From Actinomycetota bacterium (GTDB lineage Bacteria > Actinomycetota > UBA4738 > CALAEC01), in the NCBI GenBank assembly GCA_050693035.1, contig JBOGWB010000009.1, positions 4,021-68,020 on the forward strand: a stretch of DNA of 64,000 bases, in the 5' to 3' direction. This document shows positions 8,389-16,901 of the stretch, in pieces (position 1 is the first letter of the stretch; every line of letters starts with the position of its first letter). Position numbers and translations under genes: made by a program. The notes under the pieces were generated by a model. The model was not told the DNA's origin. It made no database searches and saw only the letters and a program-made list of their open reading frames with translations.

Positions 8389-10476
8389 ATGAAGACCTAC
8401 GAAGCCGCGAACATCCGCAACGTTCTCCTGGTCGGTCACGGCGGCGCGGGGAAGACCACGCTCACGGAATCGCTCCTCTTCGTGGCCGGTGCCACGACCC
8501 GGATGGGGAAGGTCGAGGACGGCAACACGATCACCGACTTCGAGCCGGAGGAGGTTCGCCGAAGCATCAGCGTCTCGGCAGCGCTGGCCCCGGTGGAGTG
8601 GCGTGACGTGAAGATCAACCTCATCGACGCCCCGGGCTACGCCGACTTCATCGGCGACATCAAGGCGGCCATCCGGGCTGCCGACGCCTGCCTGTTCGTG
8701 GTGTCCGCGGTCGAGGGCGTCGAGGTCCAGCACGAGGTGGTGTGGGAGCTCGCCGTGGAGGCCGGTATCCCCCGGGCGTTCTTCGTGAACAAGCTGGACC
8801 GCGAGCGGGCGTCCTTCCAGCGGACGCTCGACGGCCTCGTCCAAGCGTTCGGGACCCAGGTCGCGCCGCTCCAGTTCCCCCTGGGCGAGGAGCACGACTT
8901 CGAGGGATTGGTCGACCTGTTGTCGCGGAAGGCGTACCGCTATCCCTCCCCCCCCAAGGGGGAGGAGGGTGAGTGGCCCGACGACATCTCCGGGAAGGCG
9001 GATCCCCACCGCGAGAAGCTCACAGAAGCGGTGGCAGAGGCGGACGATTCGTTGCTCGAGAAGTACCTGGAGGAAGGTGAGCTCTCTGCGGAAGAGGTGG
9101 TGCGCGGGGTGAAGGCGGGGATCGCCCAGGCGAAGTTCGCGCCGGTGCTCTGCGGCTCCGCCTCGCGCGGGATCGGCGTCGACCGGTTGGCAGAGTTCAT
9201 CACCGACGAGTTCCCCTCCCCCGTCGACCGGCCGCCGGTGAAGGTCATCACCAAGGAAGGGCAGGAGCACGAGCGGCGGTGCGACCCGGCGGGCCCGCTC
9301 ACCGCGTTCGTGTTCAAGACCATCTCCGACCCCTACGTCGGCCGGATCACGCTGTTCCGGGTGTTCTCGGGGCGGATGCGCCCCGACTCGACGGTGCACA
9401 ACGCCACCCAGGGAACCGACGAGCGGGTCACCCAGCTCTTCACGATGCGAGGGAAGGACCACGACAGCGTGTCGGAAGTGCCCGCCGGCGACATCGGCGC
9501 CGTCGCCAAGCTGTCCCATACCGCCACCGGCGACACCTTCACCACGAAGGACGCGCCGGCGACGCTTCCTCCCCTGGAGCCTCCCGAGCCACTGTACGCG
9601 CTGGCGGTGGAGCCCAAGACGCAGGGCGACGAGGACAAGCTCTCCACGGCCCTGGCCCGGATCCAGGAAGAGGACCCCACCTTCCGCGTCGAGCGGCAAC
9701 CCGATACCCACCAGACCGTGATGTTCGGCATGGGTGAGACGCACGTGGACGTCATGGTGGAGCGGATGAAGCGGAAGTTCGGCGTGGAGGTCACCACGCA
9801 TCCCGCGAGGGTCCCCTTCAAGGAGACCGTTCGGACCAAAGCCCAGGCCGTCGGACGGTACGTGAAGCAGACCGGTGGACACGGGCAGTTCGGCGTGGCC
9901 CACGTCGAGGTGGAGCCGCTCCAGCGCGGGGCGGGGTTCGAGTTCGTCGACAAGATCGTGGGCGGGGTCGTCCCCAACCAGTTCATCCCCTCGGTGGAGA
10001 AGGGGGTGGTGAAGGCGATGCAAGAAGGGGTGCTCGTCGGCTACCCGATGGTGGACATGCGGGTCACCCTGTTCGACGGGAAGCACCACCCCGTGGACTC
10101 CTCCGACATGTCGTTTCAGATCGCGGGGTCGATGGCCTTCAGGGAGGCCGCGCAGAAGGCCGGAGTGGTCCTCCTCGAGCCGATCGTGGACGTCGAGATC
10201 ATCGTCCCCGAGTCGATGACCGGTGACATCATGGGCGACCTCAACTCCAAGCGGGGGAAGGTCGTGGGCATGGAACAGACGGGAACCGGGAAGACGAAGG
10301 TCCGGGCCCAGGTGCCGCAGGCCGAGATGACACGCTACGCCATCGACCTGCGGTCGATCACCGGTGGACGCGGCACGTTCACCATGCGGTTCTCCCATTA
10401 CGAGGAAGTCCCATCGCACCTGGCGGACAAGGTCGTGGCCGAGGCCAAGCGAGAGAAGGAAGAGGCACACCGCTGA
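8389..10476 (+). CDS. elongation factor G paralogue (EF-G2-like translational GTPase)
   Basis: ATG at 8389 preceded by GGGAG. G1 is GHGGAGKTT (not the canonical AHIDAGKTT), with DAPGYADF and NKLD boxes. EF-G domains II-V are readable through to the C-terminus. Confidence 0.9.
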   Translation: MKTYEAANIRNVLLVGHGGAGKTTLTESLLFVAGATTRMGKVEDGNTITDFEPEEVRRSISVSAALAPVEWRDVKINLIDAPGYADFIGDIKAAIRAADACLFVVSAVEGVEVQHEVVWELAVEAGIPRAFFVNKLDRERASFQRTLDGLVQAFGTQVAPLQFPLGEEHDFEGLVDLLSRKAYRYPSPPKGEEGEWPDDISGKADPHREKLTEAVAEADDSLLEKYLEEGELSAEEVVRGVKAGIAQAKFAPVLCGSASRGIGVDRLAEFITDEFPSPVDRPPVKVITKEGQEHERRCDPAGPLTAFVFKTISDPYVGRITLFRVFSGRMRPDSTVHNATQGTDERVTQLFTMRGKDHDSVSEVPAGDIGAVAKLSHTATGDTFTTKDAPATLPPLEPPEPLYALAVEPKTQGDEDKLSTALARIQEEDPTFRVERQPDTHQTVMFGMGETHVDVMVERMKRKFGVEVTTHPARVPFKETVRTKAQAVGRYVKQTGGHGQFGVAHVEVEPLQRGAGFEFVDKIVGGVVPNQFIPSVEKGVVKAMQEGVLVGYPMVDMRVTLFDGKHHPVDSSDMSFQIAGSMAFREAAQKAGVVLLEPIVDVEIIVPESMTGDIMGDLNSKRGKVVGMEQTGTGKTKVRAQVPQAEMTRYAIDLRSITGGRGTFTMRFSHYEEVPSHLADKVVAEAKREKEEAHR

Positions 10477-10499
10477 GGCGGCCGGGGCCCCGAACGCCG

Positions 10500-11150
10500 A
10501 TGGCCGACCGCGACGCGTACGACGCCGACTACTTCACCACGCTGTACGGGGAAAGCCCCGGTCAGACATGGGCGGACCGCAAGCGCGATGCGCGCGTCGT
10601 GGATCTCGTTCGCCGGTTCGGCCCACCTCGTGCCGCCGATGACGCCCTCCTGGACATCGGCTGCGGGTTCGGGTACCTGCTGGAACGGTTCCGGGGACGG
10701 TTCGCCCTTCACGGCGTGGACCTCTCCCCGCATGCCGTGCGACAGGCCCGGACCCGTCTGGAGGGAGCGGCACTCAGCCAGGGCAACGTCGAGCAGGGCA
10801 TCCCGTTCCGTCGTACGTTCCAGGTGATCCTGGCCATCAACGTGATCGAGCACCTCAACGATCCCGCAGCGGGGGTGGCCAACATGGGACGGGCCCTGGT
10901 CCCCGGCGGCCTGTGCGTCGTCCACCTCCCGACGGTGAACAACCTGCTGAACCGGGTGATCTACCGGTTCACCTACGCCCACGACCCCACCCACGTCTTC
11001 CGGCCGTCGGGAGACGAAGTGATCGAGCTGTTCCGCTCGGCGGGCTTCGAACTGCTCGAGCAGTCCTACGCGCCACACGTTCCGCGCGCCCTGTGGAACA
11101 CTGTGAAGGTGCACCCCGCGTACCTGGCGGCGTTCCGCCGGCAGGAATAA
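10500..11150 (+). CDS. class I SAM-dependent methyltransferase
   Basis: 216 aa with SAM motif I LLDIGCGFGY and post-I/II blocks (HGVDLS, VIEHL, LVPGG). Confidence 0.8.
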   Translation: MADRDAYDADYFTTLYGESPGQTWADRKRDARVVDLVRRFGPPRAADDALLDIGCGFGYLLERFRGRFALHGVDLSPHAVRQARTRLEGAALSQGNVEQGIPFRRTFQVILAINVIEHLNDPAAGVANMGRALVPGGLCVVHLPTVNNLLNRVIYRFTYAHDPTHVFRPSGDEVIELFRSAGFELLEQSYAPHVPRALWNTVKVHPAYLAAFRRQE

Positions 11151-11177
11151 GGCACGCCACGACGAAGAGACTGGACG

Positions 11178-11435
11178 ATGAACGAGACCGACGAGATCGT
11201 GATGTACGGAGCGGACTGGTGCGGCGACTGCCGGCGGTCCCAGCGGCTGATGGACGCCCGCGCCGTTCGCTACCGGTCGATCGACGTGGAGCACGACGCT
11301 GAGGCCCGCGAGGAGGCCAGGCGGCTCGGGGGCTCGACGAAGATCCCGGTGATCGTCATGCCCGACGGGTCGGTGCTGGTCGAGCCGACCGACCCCGAGT
11401 TGGCCACCAGGCTGGACGAGCTGGCCGTCCGGTAG
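11178..11435 (+). CDS. glutaredoxin/mycoredoxin-like small thiol oxidoreductase
   Basis: 85 aa. VMYGADWCGDCRR carries a CxxC active site in a thioredoxin-fold context, followed by KIPVIVMPDG. Confidence 0.8.
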   Translation: MNETDEIVMYGADWCGDCRRSQRLMDARAVRYRSIDVEHDAEAREEARRLGGSTKIPVIVMPDGSVLVEPTDPELATRLDELAVR

Positions 11436-11439
11436 CGCG

Positions 11440-11460
11440 GCGGCCGTGAATCCCGGCCGT
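11440..11460. terminator. possible bidirectional hairpin between convergent genes
   Basis: CGGCCG-TGAATCC-CGGCCG: 6-bp palindromic stem with a 7-nt loop in the 36-nt gap between the grx-like and ferrochelatase stops. No clear U-tract. Confidence 0.25.
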
Positions 11461-11471
11461 TGTGATCGCTC

Positions 11472-12413
11472 TCACTCCGCAAGGCGACTGAGGACCACGC
11501 CGGCGAGCGCCCGAAGGAAGACGGGATCGTCGTTGGGCGACTCGGTTCGCACCAGCGTGAGGCCCACCTCCCGCGCGACGCCCTGGGCCTCGATATCGAT
11601 GTCGTACAGGATCTCCAGGTGGTCGGCGACGAAGCCGACCGGGCACGATACCGCCGCCCGGTGTCCTTCCGCCGCAACCTCTCGAAGCACATCGGTCAGG
11701 TCCGGCCCGAGCCACGGCTCAGCGGTGCGTCCGGCGCTCTGCCACGCCACCCGGAGCCGTTCGGCCGGAAGTCCGATCGCTCCGGCCACCAGCCGGGCGG
11801 ACTCCTCGAGCTGCCGAGGGTACGGGTCGCCCTCGTCCACGATCCGAGCGGGGAGGCTGTGCGCCGAGAAGATCACCGGGGCTCGGTCCCCCTCCCGTGC
11901 GGGGAGCCGTCCGATCGCGTCGGAGACTCGGGACACCAGGAACCTGACGAAGTCGGGAGCGTCGTGCCAGTGCTCCACGAACGCCACGGCGATGCCGGCG
12001 TCGGCCGCCCTCTTGCCGGCCCGATCGACGTAGGCGCCCACGCTCATCCGGGCGTAGTGCGGCGCGAGCACCAACCCTACGACCTCGCGGATGTCGTCCT
12101 CCGCCACCGCGCGAACCGCATCTTCGATGTACGGGGCCTGGTGCTTCATGCCGTGGTAGGTGCGGAACGTCCGGTCTCCGCCGTCGAGCCGTTCGGTGTC
12201 GTTCAGCTCCCGCTCCAGCTCCCGGACCTGGGCCTCGGTGATCTCGATCAGCGGTGACCGCCCGCCGATGGCCCGGTAGCGGTCCTTCAGGTCCTCCAGC
12301 AGCTCCGGCGATGGCGCACGACCTCCGCGGATGTGGGTGTAGTACTGCTCGACGTCATCGAGCCCCCGGGCCGTCCCGTACGACATGCACAGCACGCCGA
12401 TCCGGCGGCTCAC
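11472..12413 (-). CDS. cpfC: ferrochelatase (coproporphyrin ferrochelatase type)
   Basis: Trimmed to the GTG at 12413 (GTGA overlap with the hemE stop). Carries IGVLCMSYGT, FSAHSLP and the C-terminal VADHLEILYDIDIE motifs. Confidence 0.9.
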   Translation of the reverse strand: MSRRIGVLCMSYGTARGLDDVEQYYTHIRGGRAPSPELLEDLKDRYRAIGGRSPLIEITEAQVRELERELNDTERLDGGDRTFRTYHGMKHQAPYIEDAVRAVAEDDIREVVGLVLAPHYARMSVGAYVDRAGKRAADAGIAVAFVEHWHDAPDFVRFLVSRVSDAIGRLPAREGDRAPVIFSAHSLPARIVDEGDPYPRQLEESARLVAGAIGLPAERLRVAWQSAGRTAEPWLGPDLTDVLREVAAEGHRAAVSCPVGFVADHLEILYDIDIEAQGVAREVGLTLVRTESPNDDPVFLRALAGVVLSRLAE

Positions 12414-13441
12414 CGGGTCCCGTCCCGTTCCGTTGCCTCGTGCACGAACTCGACGAGCCGAGCCAGGCTGTCCGGTTCGGTCTCCGGCAGCACGCCGTGG
12501 CCCAGGTTGAACACGTGGCCGGGACGCCCGCCGGCGCGGCGCAGGACGTCCCCCGCCTTCCGCTCCACGAACTCCCACGGCGCCAGCAGCGCGGCCGGGT
12601 CGAGGTTCCCCTGGACCGCGACGTCGTGGCCGACCAGGTCCCACGCCTCATCGAGCGCGACCCGCCAGTCGAGGCCGATCACGTCGGGGCCCGCTCCTCG
12701 CATCAGCTCCAACAGGTGGGCCGTCCCCACACCGAAATGGATCAGGGGCACCCCGAGGTCGGCGAGCTCCGCGAAGATCCGCTTGGTCCACGGCAGCACG
12801 CGCTCCTCGTAGTCCTGCACCCCGAGCGCCCCGGCCCAGGAATCGAAGAGCTGCACCGCCGCGGCGCCCGTCCCCACCTGGAACCGGAGGTACGCGATGG
12901 TGGCCTCGGTGAGCCGGTCCATGAGGTCTCGCCAGGTCACCGGCTCGGAGAACATGAGGGCCTTGGTGCGCGTGTACGCCCGGGACGGACCACCTTCGAT
13001 CAGGTAGCTGGCCACCGTGAACGGCGCGCCGGCGAAACCGATCACCGGGACTCCCACCTCGCTCGCGAGCCTCTTCACCGTCTCCCCGATGAACGCAACG
13101 TCGGCGGGGTCGAGTGGCCGCAGGGTTCGTACGTCCGCGGCCCTCCGGATGGGCGAGTGGATCACCGGGCCGCGGTCCGGCTCGATGTGGAGGTCGATCC
13201 CCATCGCCGCCACCGGGATCATGATGTCCGCGAAGAGGATGGCCGCGTCCACCCCCAGCCGTTCCACCGGCATCCGGGCGACCTCGACGGCGAGCTCCGG
13301 CGTCCGGGCGATCTCGAGGATCCCGTGCTCCTCGCGGAGCTTCCGGTACGCGGGGAGGAACCGCCCGGCCTGGCGCATGAACCACACGGGAGTGCGCTCC
13401 ACCGGCTCGCGGCGGCACGCCCGGAGGAAGAGGTCGTTCAC
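12410..13441 (-). CDS. hemE: uroporphyrinogen decarboxylase
   Basis: Trimmed to the GTG at 13441 (VNDLFLRACRREPVERTPVWFMRQAGRFLPAYR, the canonical HemE N-terminus). The 258-aa N-terminal extension in the track overlaps the real MTase gene in another frame. Confidence 0.92.
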   Translation of the reverse strand: MNDLFLRACRREPVERTPVWFMRQAGRFLPAYRKLREEHGILEIARTPELAVEVARMPVERLGVDAAILFADIMIPVAAMGIDLHIEPDRGPVIHSPIRRAADVRTLRPLDPADVAFIGETVKRLASEVGVPVIGFAGAPFTVASYLIEGGPSRAYTRTKALMFSEPVTWRDLMDRLTEATIAYLRFQVGTGAAAVQLFDSWAGALGVQDYEERVLPWTKRIFAELADLGVPLIHFGVGTAHLLELMRGAGPDVIGLDWRVALDEAWDLVGHDVAVQGNLDPAALLAPWEFVERKAGDVLRRAGGRPGHVFNLGHGVLPETEPDSLARLVEFVHEATERDGTR

Positions 13442-14256
13442 GACGGCTCCTGCTTCGTCGCCTTCAGCGAGAAGCTGAGGGGGAGCTCGCCCGGGCCCGG
13501 ATACCATCGCAGCCCGTCTTCCCGCTTCTCGAGGAACGGCATGTCCCAGTCGAGGAACGGCCACTCGTGGAGGAAGTCGATGCGCAGTCCGCTGTCGACC
13601 AGTGAGTTGATGATCTCCCCCATGCTGTGGGACCAGTCGTATGCGAACGGCTGCTTCACGGGCGCATCCGGTACCGCGTAGTCGTTCGATTCGAACGCGA
13701 GCGGCTCGCTCCGCGCGAAGTACGGATACTTCACGCGCGGCTCGGTAGCGTCCTCCTCGATGTCGAACACGTAGACGAACGGGTGAGTCTCGTGGATGTA
13801 GAAGAAGCCGCTCGGGCGGAGAAGATGGGAGATGACCTCGGCCCACCGGGGGACGTCCGGCAGCCATCCGAGCACGCCACGGGAGGTGTACACGATGTCG
13901 TACTTTTCCTGGAGGACATCGGGGAGGCCGAGGACGTCCGCCTGGCGGAACGTGGCAACCAAGCCGAGCTCGTCGGCGAGGCGACGCGCCAGATCCACCG
14001 CTTCGCCCGAGAAGTCCACGCCGGTGACCCGGGCGCCCAGGCGGGACCAGGAGAGCGAGTCGATCCCGAAGTGGCATTGGAGGTGAAGGAGATCCTTGCC
14101 TCGGACGTCGCCCACCTCCTCGAGCTCGAAGTCGTGCAGGCGCACACCGCCCTTGCGGAAGCTCTCGAGATCGTAGAACTCCGATCCCTCGTGGATCGCG
14201 GTCCACTCGTCCCACAGGGCCTGGTTCGCCTTCAGGTAGTCGTCACGGGTCGGCAT
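13438..14256 (-). CDS. class I SAM-dependent methyltransferase
   Basis: 272 aa with LLHLQCHFGIDSLS (motif I variant), VTGVDFS and DIVYTS. GTGA-coupled to hemE. Confidence 0.75.
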   Translation of the reverse strand: MPTRDDYLKANQALWDEWTAIHEGSEFYDLESFRKGGVRLHDFELEEVGDVRGKDLLHLQCHFGIDSLSWSRLGARVTGVDFSGEAVDLARRLADELGLVATFRQADVLGLPDVLQEKYDIVYTSRGVLGWLPDVPRWAEVISHLLRPSGFFYIHETHPFVYVFDIEEDATEPRVKYPYFARSEPLAFESNDYAVPDAPVKQPFAYDWSHSMGEIINSLVDSGLRIDFLHEWPFLDWDMPFLEKREDGLRWYPGPGELPLSFSLKATKQEPS

Positions 14257-14313
14257 GGCCCTAGCCTATCCGCCGCAGCGCCGGGCCTCCTTCGAGCGAC
14301 CTATGATGGTTGG

Positions 14314-14643
14314 GTGGTGGAGAACCAGCCGGTCTCGATCCCCGAGGCCGTCGAGAACCTCCCGGGCCCCTGGGAGCCACAGGACCTCGTGACCGTCAAC
14401 GACGCGGTCGTCCGGGTCTCCCGCCTCGAGGGGGAGTACGACTGGCACCAGCACAAGAACGAGGAATTGTTCCTGTGCTGGGACGGCACCTTCCGCATCG
14501 ACATCCAGGACGGCGAGTCGGTCCACCTGAGCCCGGGTGACCTCCTGGTGGTTCCGGCGGGGACCCGCCACCGGGTCGTGGCGCCGAGCATCGCGCATAC
14601 CGTGCTCGTCGAGCGGCCGGAGACGAAGGCTCGGGGGGATTGA
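14314..14643 (+). CDS. cupin domain protein
   Basis: GTG start chosen inside track ORF 13627..14643. Carries HQHKNEELFLCWDG...VVPAGTRHR, the two cupin motifs. Confidence 0.6.
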   Translation: MVENQPVSIPEAVENLPGPWEPQDLVTVNDAVVRVSRLEGEYDWHQHKNEELFLCWDGTFRIDIQDGESVHLSPGDLLVVPAGTRHRVVAPSIAHTVLVERPETKARGD

Positions 14644-14651
14644 GGGGGCCT

Positions 14652-16004
14652 CTACCCGCCCACTCGGATCGCGGTGACCATGCCCGCGGGCACGGGCTCG
14701 ACCCGCTGCTGGGTCTGGGGGTTCAGCGCGGTGAGGGTGGCCTGCCCGGCGACCAGTGTGTCCGGTAGCCGAAAGATGTTCAGGCCCCGGGTGATGTCGC
14801 TCTCGTACACGTAGCCGTTGTACCAGTAGGACGCCCAGGCTCCTCCGACCTGGGTGGGGCTGAGCGGCGGGGGGTCGGAGAAGCCGATCTTCCGAGGCGT
14901 CTCGGGATCGGTGAAATCGACGACGCTGGTTCCCGCCTGGTAGTTTCCGGTCACCAGGACGTATCGATCCGCCACGGGAACGACGTTGAAGTCGTGGATG
15001 GTGCAGTTCTCCGAGGCAGTCTGGAATCGCCGAAGGGTCCACTTTCCCAGCTGCCTCCCAGTCCTGGTACCGAAGAAGAACACGCTTCTCTCGACGACCG
15101 GGTCCGACCGCTGGCACTCCGGCTCGCTGCCGCCGCCCGGTTCCCAGCCGAGGACGATCACTTTGCCGTCCCAGGTGAACGAGGCTGAGTGCCATCCCTC
15201 GACGCCTCGCACCGTTCGCGCGAACAGGAACTGTGGGTAGACGGGCCGGGAGATGTCCCACACGTTGGCCCGCGGCCAGCACGCCCCCGCTGCCCGGTCG
15301 ACGCCGCGATGAACCGCGATGTCGTGGCAGTGGTGTCCGTGGGCGATGGCGAACGACCGGATCACCCGGGCCGTGCGGGGCCGGTCGATCGGCACCGAGA
15401 CGATGGGGATCCGCCCATGCGTCGCTTGGCAATGGTTCCCGAACGGAGAGTGCCCGAAGAAGCCCGGATGACTGGAGGAGACGTACAGGAGCACCCGGTC
15501 GCGCGACGGCTGTGGGACCAGCGTCATCGTGTGGGCGCCGCAGTCCACCGGGACCGCCTTGACGAACCGGGGCTCGGAAGGATCGCTGATCCGGAAGATC
15601 TGGATCCCCTCGAACCCCGGGACGCCGGAGGCGGTGTCCTGCCCCCCGCACCCGGACCGGGTCTGGGGACGGTCGACCGCCCGGAACAGCAACGTGTCCC
15701 ACACGGCGACGTCTCCCTGCCCGCCGTGACAGGCCACCCGGGACAGCTGCCTCGGGTTGCCCGGCTGGGAGATGTCGATCACCCGGAACCCGTCATACCT
15801 GCCGTGGAAGGCGAGGTCCCCCCAGAACGCCACGTCGCTGTTGGCGTTCCCCGTCGAGTACCGGGCCCGGGCCGGGCTGTGCGATACGGGCTCGATACCT
15901 CGAGTACGCCGCCCCTCGGCGAGGTGCCCCGCCGTGACGGGGGACGCGGTCCCCAGGAGGAAGAGGAGTGCCAAGAGCGCCCGGGCCGCGAGCCAGGGCT
16001 TCAT
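14652..16004 (-). CDS. secreted beta-propeller protein (LVIVD-repeat-like)
   Basis: Start at MKPWLAARALLALLFLLG (signal peptide). Repeated motifs of the form hydrophobic-DISxPxxP. The family name is from memory only. Confidence 0.5.
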   Translation of the reverse strand: MKPWLAARALLALLFLLGTASPVTAGHLAEGRRTRGIEPVSHSPARARYSTGNANSDVAFWGDLAFHGRYDGFRVIDISQPGNPRQLSRVACHGGQGDVAVWDTLLFRAVDRPQTRSGCGGQDTASGVPGFEGIQIFRISDPSEPRFVKAVPVDCGAHTMTLVPQPSRDRVLLYVSSSHPGFFGHSPFGNHCQATHGRIPIVSVPIDRPRTARVIRSFAIAHGHHCHDIAVHRGVDRAAGACWPRANVWDISRPVYPQFLFARTVRGVEGWHSASFTWDGKVIVLGWEPGGGSEPECQRSDPVVERSVFFFGTRTGRQLGKWTLRRFQTASENCTIHDFNVVPVADRYVLVTGNYQAGTSVVDFTDPETPRKIGFSDPPPLSPTQVGGAWASYWYNGYVYESDITRGLNIFRLPDTLVAGQATLTALNPQTQQRVEPVPAGMVTAIRVGG

Positions 16005-16495
16005 TGGATCCTTTGGCTCAATCGTTGGTAGCTCTCCTCCAATAGCTCGGGGAGGACCTTCGTCTGGCCCACGACCGGCATGAAGTTGGTGTCCCCGCTC
16101 CACCGGGGGACCACGTGCCAGTGAATGTGATCCGGGATGCCGGCCCCGGCGACCTGGCCGAGGTTGATCCCCAGGTTGAACCCCTGCGGTGCGTACTCCT
16201 CCTTCAGCGCCGAGACCGACCGCTGGAGCAAGTGATCCACGTCCAGCAGCTCCTCGTCCGTCACGTCCTCCACCTCACCCACGTGCCGGAACGGAGCCAC
16301 CATCACGTGCCCCGCGTTGTAGGGGAACACGTTGAGGATCACGAACGCGTTCTCCGACCGGGCCAAGATCAGGTTCGTCTCGTCGTCGTCGCGGGCAGGG
16401 AGGTCGCAGAAGATGCAGTCGGGCTGGTCCTCAGAGCGGGCGGCCTTGATGTACTCCATCCTCCAGGGCGTCCACAGCCGCTCCATGCCGCTCAT
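16001..16495 (-). CDS. HIT family hydrolase
   Basis: Trimmed to the ATG at 16495 (ATGA overlap with the upstream VOC gene). Carries FPYNAGHVMV and the histidine triad IPDHIHWHVVPR. Confidence 0.85.
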   Translation of the reverse strand: MSGMERLWTPWRMEYIKAARSEDQPDCIFCDLPARDDDETNLILARSENAFVILNVFPYNAGHVMVAPFRHVGEVEDVTDEELLDVDHLLQRSVSALKEEYAPQGFNLGINLGQVAGAGIPDHIHWHVVPRWSGDTNFMPVVGQTKVLPELLEESYQRLSQRIQ

Positions 16496-16899
16496 CCGGA
16501 CCGCGCCTCGCTGATCTCGATCAGGTGGCCGTCCGGATCCCGGAAGAAACACCGGACCTCCCACCCGTGGTCCACGGGAGAGGTCAGGAACTCCGCTCCG
16601 CGCGACCGCAGGGTCTCGTATGCGGCTCGGCGGTCCGGGACTCTGATCGTCATCTCGTGGCTCACCCGGTTCGGATCCTCCGGCGGAGCGAACGTCACGT
16701 CGGGCTTGTCCTCCGTGGGCCCGCCCCCACTCACCAGGAGCAACCAGGTGCCCAGGAACTGGAACACCGCCGACGTCCCCCCGTACTCCCGATACAGGGA
16801 AGCGCCCAGGACATCCCGATAGAAGGCGGCGGAGCGGCCGATGTCGCTCACGACCAGGAGGTGGGTCACCTCCATGTCGTCGGTGGGGAACTCCGCCAC
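16492..16899 (-). CDS. VOC/glyoxalase family protein
   Basis: 135 aa with THLLVVSD...FYRDVLG and FFRDPDGHLIEI, typical of the VOC fold. Confidence 0.8.
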   Translation of the reverse strand: MAEFPTDDMEVTHLLVVSDIGRSAAFYRDVLGASLYREYGGTSAVFQFLGTWLLLVSGGGPTEDKPDVTFAPPEDPNRVSHEMTIRVPDRRAAYETLRSRGAEFLTSPVDHGWEVRCFFRDPDGHLIEISEARSG

Positions 16900-16901
16900 C
16901 G

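Noticed and set aside
8383-10470. 695-aa ORF on the minus strand, antisense to the EF-G paralogue
   Set aside because: Exactly antisense to a gene with unmistakable EF-G motifs. Its product is low-complexity and rich in R/G/H/L/P, with no motifs. This is a typical high-GC shadow ORF.
12410-14215. 601-aa reading suggesting HemE with a 258-aa N-terminal extension. Similar long N-terminal extensions appear in ORFs 11472..12644, 16001..17071, 22341..23267, 35352..36803 and 36575..38047.
   Set aside because: The extensions are Arg/Pro/Gly-rich and overlap well-supported upstream genes in another frame. In each case a GTG/ATG forming a GTGA/ATGA junction with the upstream stop gives a protein of canonical length.
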